From assembly GCF_006345805.1 (NCBI RefSeq), contig NC_043004.1, positions 46,500,001 through 46,564,000 of the forward strand: a stretch of DNA of 64,000 nt. The letters run 5' to 3'. The stretch comes from Octopus sinensis (taxonomy: Eukaryota). Made by a program: the position numbers and the translations under genes. The notes under the pieces were generated by a model that ran no database searches, was not told the DNA's origin, and saw nothing but the letters and a program-made list of their open reading frames with translations. This document shows, piece after piece, positions 12,597 through 25,837 of this stretch (its first letter is position 1; the number at the start of each line of letters is the position of its first letter).

Positions 12597-14749
12597 ACCT
12601 TTCTGTATAGTTACTACTTGCATCTATTATAGAGATTTTAGAACTAGCTACTTTCATCGTTGAAAAGATTGTATTTGGAAAAGAATAAGAACATACATTC
12701 ATAACCATACGAGGCAAAAATATTTGTCATATCCTCCTGTTTATAGAATGTGAACGGTAATATAGACCAGAATTTTGAAATTACAGTTGTCATATAAATT
12801 TTTATATCGAATTCTCAGACAAAAAGACCGTAGATCCAGGAAATGTAGGTGAATCAACCTAATACTGTAGTCATAGAACCACAAAAATGAAAATACCTCC
12901 TCATCGAACTGGCAGACACGACGGAAAGTTACATATATATCAACGAAATAGAATATTTTCCTCAAAGGAATAAACTAGAATCATTAAAAACCAGCAAGTG
13001 TTTCTATGTTAGGTACAATATCCGTAACGTACAGGTAGATTATGCGTTTAAATTTATATAATCATATTTGACTTCTTCTTTAATTCATCAGGTGAGAAGG
13101 GCTGAAGTACAAAATTAATATGAACACATAGTCTAAACAGTATCAACAAATCGGTGGATTCAGAAGTTTGACACCCCCCCCCTCTTGAGCACCTAAAGTA
13201 TCCTTTATAATAAATATTGCACACTGAATGATTTAAAAGATGCAGGGTAGAATATACCCAATCTCAATGACTCATAAGTTATGTATTATGTACTTATGAG
13301 TCATAAGTATATAACTCATACAGGAATAACATTGATATCTTTTGTACTTCAAAATGCGTAGTTTTTCAATGCAAATTTGAGAAAGTGTCAACCACGACGG
13401 CATTCCAACCTCAAACTAATCAGAACGGTAAAATCAGAACAGTGGTTGAGAAAGAGGAAATACATTAGGAACCCAAACATAAATGATTATAAACACAGGA
13501 CTTCAATTATTTTAAACGATTTGAATCCAGCTCATGCATCGGATTTCTCAAGTTTCACATCTGCAAACTTCTATTAATAAGCAACCTACTACTAGCAAAT
13601 GTGTCACGCAGCGATGTCGAACGCAAAACAACATAGGCGTAATGTGCAGCGAAGTTCGTAATTTTATGGTCATTTCCCCTCTTATTAAAAATTATTTAAA
13701 TTAAGTGAGCTTAAAATCCATCGAATACATCGATCCAACTTTTGAATTTAATACATTGTGGATATTAGGAATACAACCTTCATACTATTGTAACAGAGAA
13801 AGTAAAAATGATATGGAATCATTTTGATGACCACGTTTATATATTTCATTTAAGATAAGATATAATTACGTTTGGAATATATCAACGTTAGAATCTGTAA
13901 ATATTTATACAGAGTTTTCTCACTCCGTATCACACAAAGTTGAATATTAGCCTCAACTTTTAACGTTATTGGTAATCATCGTTCACCTTCTGAACAACTA
14001 CATGAGATTGTTTGCTTTTTGTTTAATAATGTATTTATGTCGTTTTTGTAGAAATGTCTTTTGACACACTTTCTCGTTCAATGCACAATCACAATAACAA
14101 GGATATGTTTTAGTTTCACGTATATGCTAGAGAAACATAAATATGCTCTACTAAAAATATGGCTCGTTACAATTTATGATCTATATGATATGGAGGAAGA
14201 AAAATTAAGCTGAAGAATGAAACAAAGAGAAAAAGAAATTGATGTGAAAAATATTACGAAAGGTGCATACATTTTTAATTAGCGAGTAAATTAATGAATG
14301 CAAAGCGAAAATGGGAAAATAATGTAGGGGAAAATAATTTAAACCACACACCATCACCAAACGGTAAAATTCCAACAGTTTAATGACTGCAAAGAAATAA
14401 TCTACCGCTCATATAATACATCATAAATAATTAAACATACAATAATCGAGGCCACTATACGCAAATAAATTATCTTAAGAAATTCGGTGAAACACGAAGA
14501 AAAATACATTTATTAGAGAAAGACAGAAAGAGAGAGAGAGAGAGAACAAAATCACAAGAAAGGGATAGCCTACACAAAAGACCTCATGGAAACAGGCAAG
14601 TAAATATTGACCCACAATAATAATATATGCGGTCGGCACAATGGATAATAAGGAAAAATAAAAGTACACCTACAGGTGATTAATGAGCAAACAATGGGGA
14701 CCTATATGAGAAACACTAAAGAAAATATAAGACGTTATCATAAGTAAAT

Positions 14750-14793
<44 letters not shown>

Positions 14794-16020
14794 CGAGTTA
14801 GACAAGTATGTAGGATGCAAATAAATGAACATTTCAAAGAGCTAAATGCAAAATACAACAATAACCTCCCTACTTACAAGTGATAAACTAAATGACCACA
14901 CCAGTAATAATAGAAATACCATTCGCTCTTAATTGCATAAGAACGTCACTAAGACTACCAAATATGTAGGCATTCACATACACATACACACACACATCAC
15001 TCACATATATATACTCATATAGACACACTCTTATATATATATATGTATGCATATGTGTGTGTCCGTACAGGCTCGTGCTAATATATGCCTAAACATACAT
15101 CGATATATATGTATATTTACATCTGCATATGTAATGTCGGCGCCAAAGGGATAGACAATTGAAGCAATATTGAAAGGCTTATCCTTATTTCAATGAAATG
15201 ACGGAGCATGCTTCAATATGATGAGAATAAAAGTGATCAGCTAATAGCAATATGTGGCTGCAGCATGCTGAGTAGAAAACAATACAGGAGACAGCATACA
15301 AGAATTGATGCAAAATTGATTTGAATCTTATCAAAAGCGTACGATTTATGTAGCTTCAAAACACGTGATACTTCAAAAATTCATATCAAAAGAGTTTGTG
15401 GGTCTTAAATGTCTTAGCCTTGGTATCACCTAAAATGTCTTAGTTTAGGTATCACCTAAATATTAATAGAATTGGAATGTGGTTGGTTTAAACTACAAAA
15501 TAAAACTAATTTGTGTTGTTACGTGCGCAGTTTCTTACAAAACAAAGAGAGGAGTAAAGTACATACGAGCAAGGCCCAGCAGAGTTAAAGGAAATTTCCT
15601 TGCTATACTAAAAGTAGTTCGCAGACTCAATCATCCAAGAATACGTGCGCACACATACATATACACACACTCTCACACTTCTACACGGACACTCAGACGC
15701 ACACATATAGACACATCACGCCCTCGCACAAACACACAAGTACACACACATACATACACGCAATGTGTAATGTATATCTACATCATGCATGGGCAACGTT
15801 TTCGAAGAAGCGGGCCGCATGAGAAATGGCTAGCCATCAAGTACAGTAATTTTTCATTAATTGTGCCAATCAGAAAGTAACACAGGCCGAGACTTACCCA
15901 TGACTGATCCATATTTATCTGTCTGTCTATCGATCTATACATCTAATTAAGTATCCATCTATCCATCCATTCATCCACCCATCCATTTATCTATCTAGTC
16001 CTGTGTGGCTAACAAAGAAA

Positions 16021-16029
16021 CATATCTAT

Positions 16030-16081
<52 letters not shown>

Positions 16082-16102
16082 ATCTATCTATCTATCTATC
16101 TA

Positions 16103-16171
<69 letters not shown>

Positions 16172-16273
16172 CATATATATCAGTCGTTCTATCAATTACA
16201 CACACAGATGGATAGATTGATAAATAGACAGACATACAGACAGACAGATAGATAGATATATAGATAGATAGAC

Positions 16274-16350
<77 letters not shown>
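16021..16350. repeat. Compound (CTAT)n/(CT)n/(TA)n/(GATA)n microsatellite
   Basis: Seen directly in the sequence. Confidence 0.95.
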
Positions 16351-16351
<1 letters not shown>

Positions 16352-17282
16352 AGAATATGGATATAAATAAATAATTTTCTCTCACAATAATCAAATAGCT
16401 ATTCAATGTGTGCTAATTAAGTTCATGATAGAGATTTAAACTGAGAATGATTTTTAAAAAGCAAAATAAAGAACCGTATCCTATAATATGCATGGTTTTC
16501 ATCGGTGTTTGACTTTTCAGATATTTCACTCTCTGGTGATAATATTACCAACTTGTCATAATGCATAATATAATAATAAGACGATCGATCTTTCTTGAAA
16601 CGCTTGTTTAGCATTATTTACGTTAGAGGCTCGTTGAATTCTTCGACGTTTTTGTATTCTGAAACCTAATACAACCATAGTCAACCTTGCGATAAAATAC
16701 AGCACCAGAGAAGCTATCAACAACGCTATCACCCTAAATTTTCTGATCTGATGTCTTAAATTACAGCAAATTTCGAAAAGGTTACAGCAGTGGATTCGCG
16801 GTTCAAATCATGCTGAAGCCGATTTTTCATTTAGAAGGGTTATGAAAAACAATACTTGTAGATTGTTTAAATGGCTACACAGTTTACTAGTAATTGTTGC
16901 TTTGGGAATATTGCGGAGATATTTATACATTGAAGTTAAAATGGCTTCTATATCAAATTACTGTGATATACCCATTTATATTTTGACATGGCACCTGGAT
17001 GCACATTGTCACAATAACCATTACAATATGTATTTTGCGCGAAATGAGTGACTTAGTGGCTAGTATGCTGCACTCATAGTCGTAAAACTGTGTTTCCGAT
17101 TCCTGGAGCAGATGAATGCATTGTTTTGAGCGAAACTTCATTTCAAGTTGCACCAATCCATTAATCTTGCATATATGAGTAATCTTCTGATGACCCGGCG
17201 TTCCTCCCAGTTATGGGTGATTATATATATGTCACTGAATTCATGAAACGATCCTCATCAGTCTATGGCACGAGAAGGACAT

Positions 17283-17615
17283 TATATTTATCTTGCGTGT
17301 GAACAAGAATCAGCCAGCAACAAGGTTCGAAAACATTTTGAGTCGGCTGGAAATGCCTTTAAGCGGCGTCTGTACAACCACAGTTCATATTTCAGGATTC
17401 CATTTTAGACGGTAGGTCACGTCCCTAGCAAACCATGTATAGCGGCTTAAGGATAATGGAACCCCTGCGAAATTAAATGGAGGTTCAAAGACATACATAA
17501 ACAGAGTTGGACGATGCAAGCTCTGCATAGGAGAGCAGGCAAGAATACTCAGACCCCGCAGACTGGAACCAGCCCAGGAGCGTAGATTCAACTTTCGCCT
17601 CTTTTGCCACTGAAG
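17283..17615 (+). mobile_element. Neptune-type PLE GIY-YIG endonuclease remnant
   Basis: Manual translation across frameshifts gives AFKRRLYNHSSYF, TSLANHV*RLKDNG, KW and GRCKLCIGEQARIL. Not in the ORF track in this frame. Confidence 0.7.
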
Positions 17616-17655
17616 CCCATAAAATTTGCAGAGTCAACTCGGTGAAGCCTCAAAT

Positions 17656-17876
17656 GGGCAGAAATGTTAGCACGCCGGGCGAAATGCGTAGCCGTATTTC
17701 GTCTGTTGCTACGTTCTGAGTTCAAATTCCGCCGAGTTCGAATTTGCCTTTCATCCTTTCGGGGTCGATAAATTAAGTACCAGTTACGTACTGGGGTCGA
17801 TATAATCGACGTAATCCGTTTGTCTGTCCTTGTTTGTCCCCTCTGTGTTTAGCCCCTTGTGTGTAGTAAAGAAATA
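17656..17876 (+). mobile_element. SINE A
   Basis: Family A head, core and tail GTAGTAAAGAAAT. Confidence 0.9.
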
Positions 17877-18449
17877 TGTATTGTAGCCTTTGTTTAAATA
17901 TTAAATGGCCGTAATGATTTCCCTCCACAAGTTTGAAAAGGGATATGCATCCGCCATTGAGATTGAGGAGAGAAACCATTGATCACTCTATGACCGGACA
18001 TATTTAAATGCTTGTAAATATATGTGTATGTGTTGTGTGTGCGCGTGTTTGTCTAAATATGGATAAAATTATATGAACCACATTCTACTGATCTTTGTGT
18101 CTGAATAGATGAAGTGACAAATCCATTAGTTTTAATATTAATCAGTTTATTTATATACTTGTGTTTTAAAAATCTGCGAGTATGAATCTAACAAGCTCTT
18201 TGTATATTTTCCCTTTCCCATATTCTTCTTCTCTCCCGGTATCTCTCTCACTCTCTCTCTCTCTCTCTCTCTCTCCCTCTTTCCATTACTGACTCTGCTT
18301 TAGTTGCTTTGATTATATATATATATATATATATAGATATATAGATAGATAGATAGATATATAGATAGATAGATAGATAGATATAGGTACATACATACAT
18401 GCATTTATAAATATATATGTGTGAGTCTGTGAGAGTGTGCTTGTGTGTT

Positions 18450-18501
<52 letters not shown>

Positions 18502-19373
18502 TGTCTGCATATGACTAAGTGTGACTTAAGGTATAGGCGAGTGTTTCATATAGGATATTTCTCTATCTTTCTTTCTCTTTCCCTTAAAACCTTGTCACCT
18601 TGCTAACTTTAAATCATGTTCTTCCACTGCAACTAAAATATGACGCAACATTCGTAAACACTACAAAATGCCGTAATATATCCTCCCATAATTATATTGG
18701 TAGCGACCTTAAAATAATGCCTGTATTATTGATTCGGTTGAAATATATCGGCGCCATTCTAAACATTGTTCTAAAATGACAGTAAACTAAAGTATTTCAA
18801 TTTATATAAACGCATATCTTTGCAGGAATAATATTGAAACCACTTAGTTTAGACGCCATTTGCTTTACAGTAAAGTCTGTACAGATATTACTAAAGGTCA
18901 TGTATTTTCTCTCGGCTGATATGTGACACACGAAATGCGTTTGCAGGTAAAGATAGAGAAACGCTTATCTTCATCCTTGAGTACACTTTGTCAATTAGTA
19001 TTATAAGTATGTGTAATCCTACGTCTGTACAGATATAGATATGATGAACACATGTCCAGCTATCTGCCACAAACTATCCAAATAAATGTAACATATGATT
19101 GATATTGGACGTATTAATATAGTAATACATTAATTCGCTTCGTGTCTATCTTCTTAAGCAATATAATGAAAAGTGTATTTTACTAGCAGCACATCAAAGT
19201 TCACAGTATGTTTGGAAAGCATTATGAGGATTACACTCAAATACCAAAAAATGAAGGAACCTAAATATGCTTGTTTACACATATATAGACATTGGCAAGT
19301 ACATGTCAATAGGTATGAAACTAAATTTCTCTCTTTTCATCTTTGATTTCTGTCTCCGTGTTTCTCTTTCCCT

Positions 19374-19430
<57 letters not shown>

Positions 19431-19469
19431 GTATATATATATTTTTCTTTTCTTTATTCTTTTCAACCA

Positions 19470-19750
19470 GACCATCAGATGTTGTTACACATCGCTGGTC
19501 ACAATGCGTTCGCATTGTTTTAGCCTTCGATTGACGCCACCCCGCTGGTTAAGCGAGCAGGCCAACAGAAGAAAGAGTGGGAGAAAGAGTGATGAAAGAG
19601 TACAACAGGGATCACTACCCCCTGCCGGAGCCTCGTGGAGCTCTTAGGTGCTTTCGCTCAATAAACACTCACAACACCCGGTCTGAGAATCGAACCGCGA
19701 TCCTGCGACCGCGAGTCCGCTGCCCTAAGCACTAGGCCATTGCGCCTCCA
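19470..19750 (-). mobile_element. tRNA-derived SINE, distinct family
   Basis: The - strand head GGAGGCGCAATGGCCTAGTGCTTAGGG..GGTTCGATTCTC carries A and B boxes and is followed by a non-tRNA body. Confidence 0.8.
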
Positions 19751-19775
19751 TATATATATAAATACGTATATATAA

Positions 19776-19830
<55 letters not shown>

Positions 19831-20306
19831 TTAACAAGCAGATAAGTATGTATGCATATATACATGAATGCATAAATTTGCACATATATACATATACGTG
19901 TGTGTTTGTGCCAGCGTAAGTATGAACACATACCATTTATCCATAGATCTCATCAACTATTAAGCAAACGATACCCAACGGGTTAAAAAAAGACATGTGC
20001 ATTTGTCTTTCTAAAGGAATTAAAATCTTCGCTCAGGAGACTTCATGCAAAAATACCTCGATGGAAAAAGAAAAGGAAAATGAAAACAACACTCAAGAAA
20101 AAAATGAAAATCTATATAATTTTTCGTATTGAGACCACAATCGAGTGTTAGGGAGTCAGTGGAGATGAGCTTGAGAAATTGCATAATACACAGAACTTTG
20201 CGTAACATAGTGATATGAAAGGGAAGTGTACTACGTGATGATTAGAAATTGATTGAAGAATCTGTTTCAAATAATTCATTCTAAAAGGAAATCTCGAACG
20301 ATTGTA

Positions 20307-20716
20307 GACGCAGGAGTGCATCTGTGGTAGGTAGCCTGCTTACCAACCACAGAGTTCCGGGTTCAGTCCCACTGCGTGGCACCTTGGGAAAGTGTCTTCT
20401 ACTATAGTCTCGGGCCGACCAAAGCCTTGTGAGTGGATTTGGTAGACGGAAACTGAAAGAAGCCTGTCGTATATATATATATATATATATGTATATATGT
20501 GTGTGTGTATGTGTGTTTGTGCGTCTGTGTTTGTCCACCAACATCGCTTGACAACCGATGCTGGTATGTTTACGTCCCCGTTACTTGGCGGTTCGTCAAA
20601 AGAGACCGATAGAATAAGTACCAGGCTTACAAAGACCTGGGGTCGATTTGCTCGACTAAAAGGCGGTGCTCCAGCATGACCGCAGTCAAATGACTGAAAC
20701 AAGTAAAAGAGTAAAG
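20307..20716 (+). mobile_element. tRNA-derived SINE family B with internal (TA)n(TG)n
   Basis: Head CGCAGGAGTG..GGGTTCAGTCCC, CORE-like CCTTGGG(C/A)AAGTGTCTT and tail GACTGAAACAAGTAAAAGAG. Confidence 0.9.
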
Positions 20717-20939
20717 ACTAAATTAATAATTGTAGTGTTCTATTTATGTGGTAGGAACTGAGTAGTGTCCGAACGATCTAAGTTTATTCGTGTTCTGGTT
20801 TCGAATAAGATGTCGAAAATAGCACTTACACATATGTAGACAAACACAAATAGAAACATACATATGAAGCGAAAGAGAGGTGGGTACTACAGATGATAAA
20901 TGTTAAATATTCCTATTTTCAATACAGCCATACAGACAG

Positions 20940-21330
20940 CTAGCTGGGAGAATCGTTACCGCACCAGGTTAAATGCTAAGCGGCATTTCGTCCGTCTCTA
21001 CGTTCTAAATTCAAATTCAGCCGAAGACCACTTTCCCTTTCAGGCTTTCCGGTTTGATAAAATAAGTACCATTGAAACAATGTGGTCGATATTATCGACT
21101 TAGCCGCCTCCCCAAAATTTCATGCCTCGTGCCTATTATCAGTACAGCCACAAGGCGGAGAGACTTGGCAGAATGTTTAGCACGCCGGACAAAATGTTTT
21201 GCGGCATTCCGTCCGTCTTTACGTTCTGAGTTTAAATTTTTCCTGGGGTCGACTTTGCCTTTCATCCTTTTGAAGTCGATGAATTAAGTACCAGTCAAAC
21301 ACTAGTCTTGTGCCTTTAGTAATAAGGATT
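20940..21330 (+). mobile_element. Two degenerate SINE A copies
   Basis: Two repeats of the TACGTTCT.A.TT.AAATT..GATAAA.TAAGTACC motif set. Confidence 0.75.
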
Positions 21331-21477
21331 ATCAATACAGCTACAGTCACCCAGTTGGGAATGCCAATGTTAAATATATGATTGAGGTTATGATATGAGG
21401 CAACATCAATTAAACTGATGCGTAACCCATGAAAACCATATTAAAATATGGCATTTATAAAAATGTGAACTAGTGTT

Positions 21478-21950
21478 GACGCAGGCGAGAATGTGTTGTA
21501 AGACGCTTGTTTCCTAACCACATGGTTCCAGGCTGAATCCCACAAAGTGCTACCTTGGGCAAGTGTCTTCTACTATAGCCCCGGGCCAACAAAAGCCTTG
21601 TGAGTGAGTTAGTCAGACGGATACTAAAAGACGCCAGTCGTATATATATATGTCTATATGTATGTGTGGGTAGGTGTTTGTCTACCCACGAACACTTGAC
21701 AACCGGTGTTGGTTTGTTTACGCCCCCGCAACTTAGCGTTTCGGCAAAATATTCTGATAAAATGAGTCCCAGATTTTAAAAATTAAGCAGTGTCAGCATT
21801 GGACTCTATTCATCCGACTAAAAGTCCTTCGTGTAGTGCCCCAGCGTGGCCTCACTCTATCGATGTAGACACTTGCCCAAGGTGCCGCACAGTCGGATTG
21901 ACACTGGAACCATGTGGTTAGGATGCGAATTTCTCACCATACAGCAACGG
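21478..21950 (+). mobile_element. Degenerate SINE B plus an opposite-strand SINE B head fragment
   Basis: Family B motifs at 21478-21850. GACACTTGCCCAAGGTGCC..GGAACCATGTGG at ~21868-21950 is a reverse-strand head. Confidence 0.7.
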
Positions 21951-22077
21951 TTGCAATTATATCATGTGGAAATTATAGAATAATTACGTTAAGAAATGGC
22001 AGTGTAATGCATAGGGCAGGAAAAATATGTCGTGGAAGGCATAGTAGGACAAAGAAACTAGTAGAGAAACAGAGAAG

Positions 22078-22749
22078 TCTTCAAAAACCAGCTAATGAGA
22101 TAAGTCCTGTTCTGCTGTTGTCAAAGAGTATCCATTTCTCATCAGCAGTAACGATTTGAGAAAAAATGGTATTTTTCCAGTCGAGAGAGCCATAAAGAAC
22201 ACACATCGAGGCGTCTGCTTTTTTGAATCTCGTTCAGTTGATGTCGAACAAACCTATATGTTTTCTTGACTTTTCCAATTCTTTACAGGTGTCTAAAAAG
22301 AGTTGTGCGAGATGTTTGGAGTTCTGATGAAAGTTTTCGAACCTTTGTTCTCTGTTTATTTTTCAACCAAAGCATTTAATCCATCATGCTAAATAACTGA
22401 TTTTGGCTTACCCCTTGGTTTATTTTCCAGACTATCATCTCCTGAAAGAAAGCTTTGGAAACATCTCTGAACCGTTCTGTTGTCAACAAAACCATCCCCC
22501 AAAGACCCGCTTGATATTCCGCAGAGCTTCTGCGGCAGAGGGACCCAGTTTGTACTCATACGTGAAAATCACGCAACATAGTTTGATTGTTATCCTTTTT
22601 ATAAGATCTGTGGGTACGAATTTTGAATACCAATATTGTTGGGAAAGAAAAAAGAATCAAGATGAAATGCAAGATATACATAATTGAGTTTTTAAATATC
22701 TGAAATAACAAGTAATTAAAAATGCAACATTTCATGAAAAACAACCTAA
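22078..22749 (-). mobile_element. mariner-family transposon remnant (one TIR, decayed transposase)
   Basis: The - strand reads VDNRTVQRCFQSFLSGDDSLENKPRGKP and RIGKVKK..VRHQLNEIQKSRRLDVCS. The terminus TA|TTAGGTTG at 22749 resembles mariner TIRs. Confidence 0.85.
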
Positions 22750-23023
22750 TACAAATATATAGTGGAATTATTTCAACAAGATATACCCACAGTGATTCGT
22801 GATTGTGTTTCGTAATAGTCTCAACATATTAAATCCATAAATATACCAAATAAAGCACATTTCTCCACTGAGACACCTATTGTTGATGTCTTCAATCAAC
22901 ACAAATGCCATCTTTCTTTCTTCCCGTATATCCATCCATTCAGCCAGCCAGCCTTACATATGTTTATGTGTGCGTTTATGGGTATATATTTCGTGTGCAT
23001 GTTTGCGTGTTGAACATTCTTAC

Positions 23024-23191
23024 TTTTACTAAGTAGAATGTTTCGCTGATGAATTTTGATAATACTGGAACATGTGTTTTGATACAACCACTTTGTTTTA
23101 AATACCATTTCAATCCAAACAGCATCAAGTATAAAGTGACAATGTCAGCAGTTACTATTGAAGTTATTATTTCACTGGTTTTCCTTTTACA
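23024..23191 (-). CDS. Candidate 168-nt phase 0-0 exon encoding a hydrophobic, membrane-protein-like segment
   Basis: Acceptor gtgtttcag, donor AAA|gtaaga, open for 56 codons: CKRKTSEIITSIVTADIVTLYLMLFGLKWYLKQSGCIKTHVPVLSKFISETFYLVK. Non-repetitive context. Confidence 0.35.
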
Positions 23192-23429
23192 CTGAAACAC
23201 TCACATATAAAAACATTTTGCTTAATAATTGATGAGATAATCTCAGTTGACTGAAGCATTTCAACACAGTCTATTACATATGAGAAACACTCTTAACGTT
23301 TTTTGCATTTAGTCTGCAGAGCAGTCCTTTGTTAGTCCACTACTAACTTATTTGTATGTACTCTGAAGAACAGTCGTTTAACAATAACGTTTTATATTGA
23401 TTTAAAATTTTAGTACAAGGCTATAAATG

Positions 23430-23575
23430 TTGACAGAGTAGGAAGTCGATTACATCGACCCATGTACTCAACTAGGACATTTTTTATTGGCTTCGATATG
23501 ATGAAAAGCAATGTCGACCTCAGAACGTAAAGATGGACGAAATGCCGCTAAGATATTCGCTAAATTACCACCACG
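23430..23575 (-). mobile_element. Degenerate SINE A
   Basis: Reverse-complement family A motifs (GATTACATCGACC, CAGAACGTAAAGATGGACGAAATGCCGCTAAG). Confidence 0.7.
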
Positions 23576-23753
23576 GCCCCTAAATGGAACATGCTTCACT
23601 GAGATGTTATAGTGAGACTGACGCATTCTCTGTTTTTCGCTGATTCGTTTTAAAGACGACTTGTCCATCAATTCACACGTTACGAATATTCGGAAAATAT
23701 GATACTTGATGTAATTGATAGCATTCAATTATATGCATATTGACATGTATATA

Positions 23754-23809
<56 letters not shown>

Positions 23810-23936
23810 TGATTATATTCCGTTTGGAACGTAGTAGAGTACAGTATAAAGCTCGTCCACCTTCAGATTTCGCCCGGTGCTATCCACCAGTAGTATTATA
23901 ACTACTGTTGACTTTGCGTTGTAATATGTGAATGGA

Positions 23937-24291
23937 TAATCGAATAAGTTGGAGTCAACAAGAAATAGTACAGAAGAACATTTATTTGTAATCCCTACAA
24001 TTGCTTCCACGCAACGTAGTTCTTCAGATTCGCAGGCATTTGGCTACGTAATCGTTTCCTTCAAGTACGAGATGTTGATGTGTTTCATCAGGAGATATAT
24101 AAGTATAGTTTCTGTGTTTTGTAAACTCAAATTTTCGGCTTCAAGCACATCCTTTCTGTCTGTCCTTGTTTGCGAGGTAGGAACAGCAATTCAGTGTATC
24201 AAAAAAGGTGTTGTGGATGAAAGTCTGAGTAATCCACAGACTTTCAACCAAGTCCCCTCAGTACTCATTCTTGTTGACTGGAACTCATTCG

Positions 24292-24295
<4 letters not shown>
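23937..24295 (-). mobile_element. Short element with 35-bp inverted ends and a hammerhead-like core
   Basis: TAATCGAATAAGTTGGAGTCAACAAGAAATAGTAC matches the reverse complement of 24261-24295 with 5 mismatches. The - strand has CTGATGA (24091-24085)..GAAAC-GATTAC-GTA, then AAATAAA. Confidence 0.6.
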
Positions 24296-24342
<47 letters not shown>

Positions 24343-24349
24343 GTATATA

Positions 24350-24382
<33 letters not shown>

Positions 24383-24626
24383 TTATACGTTTGTATATAT
24401 ATGTATGCATTTTTCCACCTGCCTTCGTCTTTTGTTTATTTTCATAAAGCTTCCCCCTATATATATATATATATATATAATATATATATAGAACAAACTT
24501 ACTTAGAAATGGATGCGTGCGTTCTGTCGTATAATAACAAATTAATAAATAAAACATATGCATATATACATACATATGTACGTACCTACATGTATATATA
24601 CATGCATATATGGGTACAGGACACCA

Positions 24627-25347
24627 ATAAAACGTCGAACACAATGAGAAATGAAAACATAAACACAAAACCAATGAAATGGACATTTTTCTTAAACAAC
24701 GAAAAAATAGAGTACAGGACGCACTCTTAAATGTTCTGTCCCCTGCTTTCTCAGCCTTCATTCTTTCTGTTTTCCTTTTCTTCTACCTTAATGTCTCTTC
24801 CTCCCTCTCTCTCATTCTTCATTATTTCTGGTTCTCTCTACAACCATTCCATTTCTCTTACTTCTCCTCCTCTGTCCAGTCTCTGCTCAGCGACGAGAAA
24901 ACTACTGTTTTTCTGACCTAGCTTCCTTCGAGTGTAAACGGCTTTTCTGTGCCTCCTTCGCCGTTCTCAAAAAAAAGCGTTCGTAATATTTTCTCTCGTT
25001 TGGCTTAACATCCCTCCTTGTCTGTGTTACTGTTATTCTCCTTGTCCTGTCTTTTAGTGTTTATATTTTGTACTGTCTTAACTGTCTTGTTTTTGTTACC
25101 ATTTTTACACCTCCGCAAAAAATCTCAAATTTTATTTAATTTGCTTTTTGCGGGAAGGAATGTTTCAATGAAGTCGTGTCTCGCTTTGACATTCGAAACG
25201 TGGAGTAGATGAAACAGAGGCGATTGTAGCAGGGGAATTTTCCTTGTGTTCTATGTCCTGTACTCTATTTTTTTGTTGTTTAAGAAAAATGTCCATTTCC
25301 TTGGTTTTGTGTTTGTTTTCGTTTCTCATTGTGTTCGACGTTTTTTA
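24627..25347 (+). mobile_element. Element with ~93-bp inverted arms, a 12-bp flanking direct repeat and a hammerhead relic
   Basis: Arms at 24627-24720 and 25255-25347. TACAGGACACCA lies at 24615-24626 and 25348-25359. Hammerhead-like fold at 25161-25216. Confidence 0.75.
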
Positions 25348-25569
25348 TACAGGACACCATGTATATATATGCATGTATTTATACATGTAGATGTAGGTAC
25401 GTACATATATGTATGTATATATGCATATGTTTTATTTATTAATTTGTATATATATATATATATATAAAAACAGAGAGAGAGAGAGGGAGAGAGAGACATA
25501 AAGAAAGAGAGAAGAGAGAGAAGGTATATGGATAGATATATATACAGTTATTCGTGTTTTACAGACAGG

Positions 25570-25606
25570 CTATATACATATGTGTGTGTGTTTATATATA
25601 TATATG

Positions 25607-25662
<56 letters not shown>

Positions 25663-25768
25663 TATATTTATCTATATATATATATATATATAATATATTA
25701 TATATATATACATGTATATATGTTTTCATGTTTGGATTAACTTTATATACGTATATAATATATATATA

Positions 25769-25837
<69 letters not shown>

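Noticed and set aside
17636-17665. GGTGAAGCC-tcaaatg-GGCAGAAAT as a hammerhead after the GIY-YIG stop
   Set aside because: GGCAGAAAT is the head of the adjacent SINE A, and the core is not CUGANGA.
23949-24491. 180-aa ORF
   Set aside because: It runs through the inverted-end element and into microsatellite.
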